Of a stretch of DNA of 64,000 bases, positions 1-33,624 are shown piece by piece. Made by a program: the position numbers and the translations under genes. The stretch covers positions 1,901,451 through 1,965,450 of the forward strand of contig JAWQFM010000002.1 in assembly GCA_033442325.1 (NCBI GenBank), read 5' to 3'. The DNA comes from Salpingoeca rosetta. Its lineage: Eukaryota; Protista; Choanoflagellata. The number at the start of each line of letters is the position of its first letter. Within the stretch, counting starts at the first letter, position 1. The notes beneath the pieces are model-generated. The model did not search any database and was not told where the DNA came from. It was given only the letters and a program-made list of their open reading frames with translations.

Positions 1-75
1 CGCGTGCTCGTGGTGTTGTACGATGTACTCACTACGTGTATGCGTGACGCAAAATGCGTGTGTGTGTGCGTTTAG

Positions 76-336
76 GCGAAGAAGACGACAAGCTGATGGC
101 CATTGAGGAGTCCATTCGTCGTCTCCATGGACTCCTGGACCGAATGTCCACACGTGAGTGTGCGTGCGTGCTCGTGCGTGTGTGCGCGCGTGTGTGTACG
201 TCCATGCGTAGCTCTTTGCCTTTCTGTGCGCGTGTGTTCGTGACTGCGCATCTGTTCTTTCTGAGTTTCGTTGCCACCACCCTTGAACACCTCACCGAAC
301 CACGCTGTTTGCTTGTCATTGGCAGAGATGAGATGA
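76..336 (+). CDS. 3' end of an unidentified gene entering from the left of the window (two terminal exons)
   Basis: Acceptor ttag at 72-75; exon EEDDKLMAIEESIRRLHGLLDRMST; donor gtgagt at 154; acceptor ggcag ending 325; in-phase QMR then TGA at 334-336. Looks coiled-coil-like; no family recognised. Confidence 0.5.
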
Positions 337-709
337 GGTGATGAACGAACGACATCAACAATCACGCCGCCAGCGCAACTGCCAATTGAATTTCGTGTCC
401 TGTCCCCAATTTCCACTTACCACTTATGGCCCACATTCGCGCGGCAGCACGCTTCTGTACAACTTTAATATTTGCACGACGTGTACAAACAAGGCTGTTG
501 GGTTTTGGGTTTCTGTTGCACACTGGGAGAATGGACGTTGCGCAGTTTAATGTGCAGTCTCACACTTTGCTCTGAGTCTACAATGTACACACAAACCTCT
601 AAAGTGATGATGCAACGAACAGCAACAATAACAAGCGCACACATGCACACAAACGAACTGTCGAGGGAGTGTGTGCGCGCGTGTGCGTGTGTGTGATGGC
701 GATTGGTTA

Positions 710-2769
<2,060 letters not shown>

Positions 2770-2949
2770 TGCCGCTTTGGCTGAAATCTATGTAAATCAC
2801 CCAAAACTCCTCCCAACTTCGTTGACCCAGAAGCAAATGAAGACACAAGCAAGCAAAGCAGAGTGGAATGCCTCACAATCTGAACACCCGAAGTGAACAC
2901 CTGCTCACCTGAACAGCTCCCACTCATTCACATCACCCATGGCGGCAGC

Positions 2950-5413
<2,464 letters not shown>

Positions 5414-5885
5414 CTGGCTCTCTTGTGCGTTTTGATGAATGACTTGCTTCTGTAGCTCGGAGGAATGTGGTGTGTAACAACAAATCTTCAGCCATCATGC
5501 TCAGCTGTGTTTCAACTGCTGCGTTTATGTGAAAAGGAATCAGTAAACGAAGCTTGCATATTATGCACCATGACTTTGTGAGGTGAGGTGAGGCGGGTTG
5601 ACCGATGCCAGCACCATTCAACACGCAAAACAAATGTGTGCCACTCGAGGCGGAAGCACTACAACTCCAAGCCAAGGCGACAAATTCAAGGGAAACACTG
5701 AACATAAGCATACAGGAAGACGCAACCCAAATGTACAAGCGTGGGGCTTGGCGGTAGTGTGCCAACAGAGTGTGGCAAGTGATGTGACGCGACTGGGGCT
5801 TGTGTGCCGTGCCACTGCGTGTTACATTCACCTTCACACATAATGTAACCATGTCCTGATGAAGGACAAGTCGTGCATCAACGTA

Positions 5886-5930
5886 TCCCATCCCATCCCA
5901 TCCCATCCCATCCCATCCCATCCCATCCCA
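5886..5930. repeat. (CCATC)n pentanucleotide repeat immediately after the EXOC4 stop codon
   Basis: About nine tandem copies of ccatc are visible. Confidence 0.9.
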
Positions 5931-14498
<8,568 letters not shown>

Positions 14499-14650
14499 GA
14501 TGATGATGATGGTGGTGCTGTGTTCGTTGTTGTTGTTGGCTGGTTGGTGGTTACTGAAGTTTACCTGAAATTTTCCACAAATCCTCCACAACCAACCAAG
14601 CACACACAGAACAGATTAGCTAAGTAAGATTTGTCCAATTTTCGGCAACC

Positions 14651-16861
14651 ATGCATCCTTTGCACCACGCTGGTTGTGGTCCTGCCGCGTGGGTGCGGTG
14701 GTGGCGGTGCAGCAGTGCTGGTCGGTTGCGCTGTGCAATCTCACCAGCAGTGACTGCGAGGCCAGGGTCAACCTCTTCAACTCCGAGCCAGGGTGGCAGG
14801 AATGGCACCACCAACGCCACAACCACGATCACCAACAACAGCGCCCATGACACGGAACCCTCGATTCTGCACCAGATTCGAGATGCTGCAGAACAACAGT
14901 GCGCAGTTGCCATGGACAGCGCGTACCAGCCGTTGCTCGGATGCAGTGACTATCCACCAGACATACTCCAGGAGGCCGATCGGATGTATTGCGCATTCAA
15001 GGCCAAGTGTGCTGATGCTGAAGCCGTGCACGCAGTACTTTCGCATCGTGAGCAGCAGCAGCAACAACAACAACAACAACAGCAGCAGCAGCAGCAACAA
15101 CAACAACAGCAGCATCATCGAACCACCACCAAGAGTCGCGCGTACAACCACATCCCAAGGTTGCGCGAGTGCCTGATTTGGGCGCTTGCTCTCTCGGGAA
15201 GGCGGCACGAAGCGCTGACACAAGCGCGGTTGCTTGGCGTGAGAACGGGCAGCAAACCCACCGCCACGACCGCCAACAACGATGATAGCAACAACGACAA
15301 CGTCGCTGCCTCAACTTCCCGCACTTCAGCTGCCAGCCACCGCATGTCCGTGGATGGATACAACGCGCTCGTGTTTGCAACTGCCCGCTTCGGCAAAGAC
15401 CCAAGGTGGTGGGTTCGTTCAATGAGCGCCGTAGGCCTGAAGCCTGATGCAGACACGTCCATCGCGGTGCTGTGCCGCTTGGTGGCGTTCGGCCAAACAA
15501 AAGACCTGTGCAAGAGGCTGTCGCCCGTGCTGCTTGAACTCAGGGAGGCAGAAGCAGCAGCGCACACAGCGTTGGCAGCACCAACGGCGATCCCAGCTGT
15601 GCGGAAAGCCTCCTGCGTCGCGGACCACGTGGTGCCATTGCTGCACTGCTGCTATGACCTGCGCGACGCACAACAAGCACGGGCGATCGACACCTTGCTG
15701 CGCGTGCGGCTTGGACTCTCGCACACGTTTCTATCGGCACAGGCCACGCTTCGCGTTTTCGGCGTGTGTGGGCAGATTGCAGACGCAGAGCAGCTGATGC
15801 AGCACTTGCAGAGCACACCGGCATGGCACGACACGTTCAGCACGGCGCAGAAGCAGGCGTTGCATGAGGAGCGGCTGCGTGCCAAGTGCGTGATGGGCTT
15901 CCCTCTGGATGCCGAGCAGGACTTGGTGGCCGTGCTGTCAGAAGGCATTCCTGTCACGCAGCGCATGCTCCGGTTCATCGCTGCGGGCTACACGGCGTGC
16001 CGGGATGTGGATGGCGTCAAATCCGTGTTCCGGCGCGTGGCGCGCGACATGGACCGCGTGCCGGTCGAGGACGAGACAGTCAACCAGATGATGACGAGCT
16101 TTGCCGTGCTGCGCCAGCCGGACGACTGCGAGAACATCCTGCAGGCCATGACGGAGCACGGATTTGTGCCAACGCACGAGACATACGGCCTGTTGCTGGA
16201 GGCGCACGCGCGGGCGTGGGGCCCCAGTGCTGCTGAGGACAGGCTGGCACAGCTGCAGGAAGCTGTGGGGCTGCAGCCGCAGCTGCCCGAGTTCCACGCG
16301 CTCATGGTGGGGTATGCGCAGGCGCGTGACCCAGAGGGGTGCCGGGAGGTGTTTGACACGGCCGTGCGCGCTGGGCTGAAGCTGAATCACCGGACGCTGT
16401 GCACGCTGGCACGGACGTATGCGCTGGCGGGCGACTACGTGCAGGTGGAAACCATCCTGTACGAGACCATGCGTCAGCACAAGGTGCGCACGCGCCCGGC
16501 TGCGTTTCTACACCTGGTCAACGCCTACTTCAACGGCAACGAGCTCACGCGCATGGTGGACCTGGTGCTGAACCAGAGCATCAAGCACGCGCGACGCACG
16601 TACCAGCGATCTGTGAGCCTGCTCGCGCGCACGCAGCAGGTGGAGTGGCTGTGCGATGTGGTTGCACGCATGGTGGAGGAGATGTCCGTGGACAAGCAAG
16701 TTGTGAACATGTGCACGCGTGTCCTGTGCAACACCAACCTGGATGTTGCTGTGCGGCAGCGACTGCTGGATACCCTATGTACTGCCGGCGCTCGCTTCTC
16801 ACGCGCACACATGCGCCGGCTCGCAACGGCTGGCGACCTCTCTTTGCCACAGCGCCCATGA
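14651..16861 (+). CDS. Pentatricopeptide repeat (PPR) protein, single exon, probably mitochondrial
   Basis: 736-aa ORF with tandem 35/36-aa helical repeats (TVNQMMTSFAVLRQPDDCENILQAMTEHGFVPTHE / TYGLLLEAHARAW...GLQPQLP / EFHALMVGYAQARDPEGCREVFDTAVRAGLKLNHR) plus GYNALVFATARFG...MSAVGLKPDAD. Arg-rich, acid-free N-terminus. Confidence 0.88.
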   Translation: MHPLHHAGCGPAAWVRWWRCSSAGRLRCAISPAVTARPGSTSSTPSQGGRNGTTNATTTITNNSAHDTEPSILHQIRDAAEQQCAVAMDSAYQPLLGCSDYPPDILQEADRMYCAFKAKCADAEAVHAVLSHREQQQQQQQQQQQQQQQQQQQQHHRTTTKSRAYNHIPRLRECLIWALALSGRRHEALTQARLLGVRTGSKPTATTANNDDSNNDNVAASTSRTSAASHRMSVDGYNALVFATARFGKDPRWWVRSMSAVGLKPDADTSIAVLCRLVAFGQTKDLCKRLSPVLLELREAEAAAHTALAAPTAIPAVRKASCVADHVVPLLHCCYDLRDAQQARAIDTLLRVRLGLSHTFLSAQATLRVFGVCGQIADAEQLMQHLQSTPAWHDTFSTAQKQALHEERLRAKCVMGFPLDAEQDLVAVLSEGIPVTQRMLRFIAAGYTACRDVDGVKSVFRRVARDMDRVPVEDETVNQMMTSFAVLRQPDDCENILQAMTEHGFVPTHETYGLLLEAHARAWGPSAAEDRLAQLQEAVGLQPQLPEFHALMVGYAQARDPEGCREVFDTAVRAGLKLNHRTLCTLARTYALAGDYVQVETILYETMRQHKVRTRPAAFLHLVNAYFNGNELTRMVDLVLNQSIKHARRTYQRSVSLLARTQQVEWLCDVVARMVEEMSVDKQVVNMCTRVLCNTNLDVAVRQRLLDTLCTAGARFSRAHMRRLATAGDLSLPQRP

Positions 16862-17688
16862 CGACAGAAACGAGCTTCTTTTTGTGGATCAAGTGAAGGA
16901 ACGTAGGGGTAGGAGAGGAGCACAGGGTGTGTGCTTTGTGTGGGGGGGGGGCTGTGTGTGTGGGTGTGCATGTGTGTGTTGTGTTGTGTGTGTGTGGCAG
17001 TGTGTGTGTGGCAGTGTGTGTTTGACGTGCGTGCGTGTTTGCGTGATGTACTGTACATGTGATTGAGCAGGGATATGTGTTTGGTTAGATTGCGTGATTC
17101 GTGCCATGCATGGCGCACGCGGGGCCTGCTTGATGACACGATGATTGCGTGCATGCACGTGTTCGAAGTTTTGCCACCTGCTGTCAATGAAGAGCGGCTG
17201 GGCTGTTCGTTCTCTGCCGGTACTCGATTGTGCTTGCCTTCACTGGCCTCTCCGTAATGCTCGCTGTGTTGCAAAGCTATTCACTGTAAACGCATGAGGA
17301 CAATGCCTCCCCGGAGCGTGGCGGCAGTTTTGTCTGTGTAATTGCCGTGGTTGTGTTTCAAGGACAAATCACACCGCAGCCCACATTGTGTCACACCACA
17401 CCAAACACACAGCCAACAACAACAACGACAGTCACATCACAGAACATGCGTAGCTCTGGGCAAGTTAGCTGACACCACACCGATACACAAGCACACACAT
17501 ACGCACGACATCACTCATGTCAGCAAAACACGAAGCGTTCAAAGACGGAAAGCGCCTTCTACCCAATGTTAGTAGGGTGGGAAGAGCAATCAATCTCAAT
17601 TGAGGGAGGAAGGAAAAACAAGGCTCTCAAATACACGTGGTGGCCAGGGCGGAGGGGAGGGGGAGGGCGAGGAGGGAGGTTGACGAGC

Positions 17689-18302
17689 TTAGTGGCGGGG
17701 CTTGTACGCAACAACGCGCGACTTGAGCGTCGACCACTTGTGGCGCTTGAAGTAGAACAGGCCAGCGGAAACCAAGCTAAGCAGAATCATGGCCTGTTGT
17801 TGATCGTGGACAGAGTAGTTGGGGCGACGCACCAAGCATCATGCATGTGAGTTGGATGGGCAGGCACACACACGCACGCACACACACGCACAAAATTGGG
17901 AGGGACAGCAAAAACAAAGGGGTTGTTGGGACACAGACGCAACATGGAAGGGCGACAAGACGGCTGTGGACAATCCAAATTGTCAGAACATCCAAGGCAT
18001 GTGCCGAAAAGGCATAAAACAACACAGCACACGAGGTGTGTGTCGATGCGACGCCCACCTTCATGCCAAAGCGCTTGCGATCGTCGTGCTCGGGCTCAGC
18101 GCACCATGTGAGGAAGGTGACAACGTCCTTGGCCATCTGGCTCAGGGTTGCAGGGGTACCTGTTGGCAATCAAACGCAGACCAGACAATGACGCAGCGTC
18201 AGGGTTGTTGGGAACCGGCACAAACTACAAGGATGCGCGCGCACTTTACCGCTGCAACCAATCGCAACGGTACTTTACTACCACTGGCATAGTTTGTTCC
18301 GT

Positions 18303-18336
<34 letters not shown>

Positions 18337-19552
18337 CACAATCGCACCATCGTCGTATTCAATTTGGTCGTCGTAGAGAGGAGGAGCCATGGCAATGGCC
18401 TGGCCAGGGAAGTACGGGTTGTAGTACAGGCCCTCACGAATCTGGCGTCGTCAAGATGATGAGGCAAGGCGTACGAGGAACGCAAATGTCGCAGCAAGGT
18501 GAGTTTTGGAGGAGAGAAAATGGAGAGCGAGAAGGGCATGTGCAAAGCCAAGGGCAAGTGAGGCCAGCTAAAGAACCGATATTGCTGTACACACGCACAC
18601 AAACACGCGCAAACACACAAAAACGCATACACACTCTCACAAATACACACATACATACACACATATACACATACACACGCACTCACGCACACGCATACAC
18701 ATGCCGGCGTACCTCCACGCCAGCCGGGGCATCGCAGTAGCCGGTGAGCAGAGAGAAGACATAGTCCTCGCGGCCGTGGCGGGCCTTGATGATCAGGCTG
18801 AGGTCTGGCGGGTAGGCACCGTTGTTGGCGGCACGCGCGGCCTCCTCGTTGGGGAACGGGCTGGGGAAGTAGTCGGCAAGCTTGCCGGGGCGCTTGAACA
18901 TGTTACCGTTGTCATCAGGACCATCCTCAACCATGGTCTCACTGGCGAGTTCCTGTTGGCCAAACAAGTGAGGACATGGGGAAGGGGTGGCGAGACAAGC
19001 ACAACAGCCGCAGTGGCGATATGAGAATGAGCACTGTGGCAAATTTGGGCACAGAAAACACACACACACACACACACACGAATACATGCACATGTGTGAT
19101 TCCCACACGAATCGGCATAGGTAAGCAGATGTTCCGACCTTTGCCTCTGTCTCGTTGTAGCAGGCGCCGACAAGGTTGCGGTAAGCGATGCGCTCGAGAG
19201 AGTGGCACGCAGCGCAGACCTGCTGGTACACCTGGTGACCGCGGCGGATGCTGGTCATGCAAGACGGGAAAGGTGTGAGCAGTCGCAGCGCAATTCAAGC
19301 AATCCACCCACCCACCCACACAATACACATCCAACATCCACACACACCATACACACACACTTCGCACAACCACACGCACACATACAACCACACCTGGCGT
19401 GGTCGAATGAGTCGAGCATGCCGTTGTGTGACCAAGGGTACGCTGCTGGGTGCAGCTCCAAGTCCTCAGCGTTGACAGGACGCAGCTCCTATCAGTGAGA
19501 CCAATGTGGCACAGACATGCAGGCGCCGACATGACAAGGTTGAGAGGCATGA

Positions 19553-19637
<85 letters not shown>

Positions 19638-19832
19638 GCGCGTGTGTGGTATTTTGTGTGTATGCGTTTTATTGGACGAGGGGTACGGTGCATGCACATC
19701 GCTTACCTCCATGGCAAGGGCAGCGCCGCAGCCGACGGTGAGAATGGCGGCAGAACCAGCAATGCGCTTCCACCGCTGTTGTCATGTGTGGGCATGCACG
19801 GTTGACACAGTGTGCATGTGTGAGTTGAACGT

Positions 19833-19864
<32 letters not shown>

Positions 19865-20043
19865 AATGCGCAGTTGTAGGGGTTGTGCAAGTAGGCTCAA
19901 GTGTGAACTGTTGGTGGTGCTTGAGCGTGTCGCTGTCGCATCATGAATGGGCATCTCACCGGAATCTCTGCTGCGGGGGCAGCGGAGGAAGAGGCGGAGC
20001 GGATGCTGCGCACAAGCGCAGAGATACGGGGAACGCTTCGCAT
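17689..20043 (-). CDS. CYC1: Cytochrome c1, complex III heme protein (8 exons)
   Basis: Presequence [19 protein letters not shown]; [39 protein letters not shown] with the CxxCH heme motif; [16 protein letters not shown]; [17 protein letters not shown]; [27 protein letters not shown]; [11 protein letters not shown]. Confidence 0.98.
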
Positions 20044-21043
20044 CGTGGCCTACACAGGCGCACACACATACATACATACATACATACATACATACATACA
20101 TACACATACATACACACACACACATACACGCGAACACACACATACACACACACACATACAGATACACGCACGCGTAGAGATGCACACAACAAGCGTCATC
20201 AGTGAGCAACTTTGCGATGAAGAGTGAGGAAGGAGGATGTGGTGATGTGCATTGGCGTCGTGGCCATCTACATCGTAACCCACGCCCGTGCCGCCCAGGC
20301 ATACACTCACCCGCCAGCACCCCATCCCCCAATGACAACACCCCAACTGCCCATCGTGCATCCATTGCCACTTGACTGCACTGCAGCATCGTGCACACAC
20401 GGGTCAACGTCGCAGCCATCGACTGGATTCATCCTCAACAGCTGCTCTCAAGTCAAGTCATGTCACCCGTATGTGTTCATCCGCTCTCTCTCTCGTCGCC
20501 CTCCTCACTCCAGCGCTTCTCATCTTTCCCCCTCCCCCTGCTTCCACTACCTTCTCCTACCCCGACCTCAGCCTCTCTTGCCCCCACACCCTACAACACA
20601 GCGGCATGTATTGCTTCCTCAAAGCGAGCGAGAAGCAGCCAGCCATCGCACTCACCATCTTGCACCAAAGGCGAGCAGCAGTCGGTCGGGAGCTGTCAAA
20701 AATGGCAGGCGCAAAAAAAGCGTGAGGCGCGCACGATTTGATACAGTTGTCTTGTTATTAGGCCATTGGCCTTTAAGGAGGACAACCCTCACCTTGTCCG
20801 GAAGCGGCAGTGGGGTGGGTGGTCCTTTCGCAAGCAACGCACCACACACAAACAAACTCATCATCAGCACTGTGTGCAACGAACCCAGCCTTGCGCCATC
20901 CACACTCACTCCCCCCCCCGCCAGCCAGTCATCGATCGCAGCCATACACCACACACGCACACGCACGCACAAACACACGCACACACGCTCACACGTACAC
21001 GCACGACCAACGTGACACAGTCACACGAAGGGCATCCCCAAGC

Positions 21044-24831
<3,788 letters not shown>

Positions 24832-25048
24832 CGTGTGCAACTGCCTGCGTGGATGATCTGTGTGATTGATGATGTGCTGTGCCATGTGTTGTGCCATGTG
24901 TTGTGCCATGTGTTGTGCGATGTGTTGCTTCATCGATCATCAAAGATGCAAAGCAACGCGCAGAGTAATCTCACCAAAAGCAAGGCAAGGCAAAAAGCGT
25001 TGAAACATCTGTGGCAGAAACCCCCCAAACAAACCAAGACTGCGAGTG

Positions 25049-26789
<1,741 letters not shown>

Positions 26790-26959
26790 TCCTTTCGTGA
26801 TTCCATGTTGCTTTAACTCGACCATAAACGCCAACGACAAGCAAAGCAAGACGACAAAAAGAAGAACACAAAGCGAAACACAAACACTGCACGACCACGA
26901 CCTTGTCGGCTGCCGTCCAATCCAATCCAAGCCATCCACAACCACAACCACCAACCACC

Positions 26960-30745
<3,786 letters not shown>

Positions 30746-31219
30746 CGCTGCAATTGAGAGGCGACATGAGAGCAATGCAAGTGGTGTGGCTGGAGGCGAT
30801 GGTGATGATGTCGTGAAGCTGCGAATCGTCACGTGTATCTTGCTCGCTGGCACGAGCCACACTCATCCCATGCACACCACTCCAAATACAACGACGGCGC
30901 TGTTGCCCCACATGCAAAAATCAACCACCGCCATGGTTAATACTCAGGCTCTCATCCCTCTCACACGTGCTTGAACAATTCCTTGCCGTTTTCATGTCAG
31001 CAGTACCATGCACAAGTTTGCTTTCCTTTTATGTGCTGTTTCAGTCACGTCCATCTGCCCCGCTCCCCACGCAGTCTGGACTGCATGTCCGCTCTCGCTT
31101 CGTTGCGTAATATGAAATGAAATGAACTGGGCGCTGCCCCGTGATAATGACATTTTCTGGCCAACAAACACAGCCACTGTTGCGCATCTTGCCGAAGTTT
31201 GCCTGCAAACCACGCCCCT

Positions 31220-31306
<87 letters not shown>

Positions 31307-31313
31307 TGTGTGT

Positions 31314-31500
31314 TCACCACTCGGGCGAGTTTGAGAACACGTCATCGCCCATGTTTGGCCGCTGCTTGCGCTGGTTCTGGCGGCGAGCGAGTTGCGAAAT
31401 AGACACACCGCCAGGCTCCACGCGCTTGTGACGGCGACCCAACCTACACACACGCGTCCCCATGTTGCGGTGATCATGTCAGGGACGATCCAAATTGCAA

Positions 31501-31577
<77 letters not shown>

Positions 31578-32650
31578 TCGCCCATGTTGCGGCTGGAGTT
31601 GAGGAGCTGTTGGGTCCGTGTGGATGTCATGGGAACGTGTTCAAATCTGCAATGAACACCAATACGCATTGCACAAACACACACACATATTGATGAGGAA
31701 ATATCCTAAGATGGCTGCAGGTGCACTTGGCTTGTGTTCAAGCAGGTAAAACACAGTCTATGTTGAAGAACTTACGCTTGCACACGCTGCTGTTGCTTCA
31801 GCGCAATCTGCAGACATCAAACAGTAGCAACGAGGTCGGTGAGAAACAAATGTCATGCAACTGCACTCATTGCATGTGTTAAAGCGCGCACCACATGCAA
31901 TATTACACACAAGCGTACACCACCCACGCAAAGCGCACAGCGCGCAGCGCGCAGCGCGCAGCAAACAGCAATTGTGTGTACGCACCTCTTGCTCCCTGCG
32001 CGAGACCTTTGAGAGGACGGAGGAGGACGAGTTGTTGAAGTAGTCGGAGCGCTGGGAGCGGTTGAGGCGATCGCGCAGTCGATCGTCGTCGTCTTCGCTC
32101 CAGTCGCCGCGACTCCGCCCAGACCCGCCCCGGTCAGAGGCAGACCCGGGTTGCCTGGTTTGCGGTTGGTTTGCGGTTGGGAGGGGATGGAAGGAGGGGG
32201 TGGAAGGAGGTGACGTGTGGTTGCGGAAGTGGTGAGATGTGAGGAAAAGAATAGGAGGAGGCAGCGCTCACGTCCTACGGAGAAATGTGTGTGTCGACAC
32301 AACCAGGTGCTGGCTGAAAAACTGAAAAATGAAGCAATGAAGCAAGATGCTGACAACAGCACACCATCGCAATGAAACCGAAAGCAACCAAATGCATACG
32401 ACGTTGGCGCGCACACACACACACACACACATACGCACGCACCCTGTTGGCAGCTGTGCTCGCTGGCGTGTGAGTTTGGGCATCATCCAGCGGTCTGCCT
32501 CCTCGTTCCAAACAGAGGCTGCGCGGATCTTGGTCAGGTTCGCGTAGTTGCAGTCTTGTCTGGAGCGGCGACGTTGCAGGGACGCAGAAAGCCGCGCAAT
32601 CCATGGGAAATAAGCCAGCAGCAGGGACCGAGGTGTACACGCAAGTGGCC

Positions 32651-32715
<65 letters not shown>

Positions 32716-33528
32716 GATGACTGGGAGGACGCGGTCGACGTATTGGCTGTAGAACTTGCGCTCCTGTTCTGACCGGCGGATGTCGTTCAGCAGCGACTCG
32801 CGCTCGCGTGCAAACTCCGTCTGACCCACATGTCAACACAGCCCACACACCAAAGAAAACAAGAATGGTCAGCTGGAATTCTCGCTCTGCACAGAGGGCG
32901 GGAGAGAGACTACCACGCACACACACGTGCATGCACCCACACCCACGCACACACACACACGCACGCACACGCACGCACGCATACAGAGCATTGCCCATCA
33001 CACCATGAGGCAGAACTGACCTGAATGTCCTCAATTTCCTGCTTGAGGCTCTTGATAATGTCTTTTGCCTTCGAGAGCTGCTTCCGCTTGCCCTTGATCT
33101 CATCCTAACAGCCACAGAGTAACGCGGAGTCACATGAGATGGGTGTCTTGAACAAACGCACTGGTCTTGGACGTACCAAAACATAAGCACACACACACAC
33201 GCGCGCGCGCGCGCACACACACGCACACACACGCAACCACACACAAACACACAAACACATACCTGCAGGTTGTCGTAGATGTCCTCGAGAATGTCTTCGC
33301 CCTCTGCGTTCTCAATGGCCTCTCGAATACGGCGCCGCCGCTCCTCTGCGCGCTTGCGGCGCTTCTTCAGCCCTTCCTTCAACTTGTCGTCCCCAGCGCC
33401 CTTGCCACCCTTGACCAGGTTCTGCTCAAAGGAGGCGAGCTTCGACTTGAGTGCTGCAACCAACGGGTTGCCCTCAAGGTCGCTCAGTCCCAACGAAGCA
33501 ATGTCTGAACACACGACGCAGTGAGTTG

Positions 33529-33624
<96 letters not shown>

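Noticed and set aside
20224-21015. 263-aa ORF between CYC1 and ADSS
   Set aside because: No recognisable motifs, low-complexity composition and no convincing ATG context; more likely promoter or UTR sequence.
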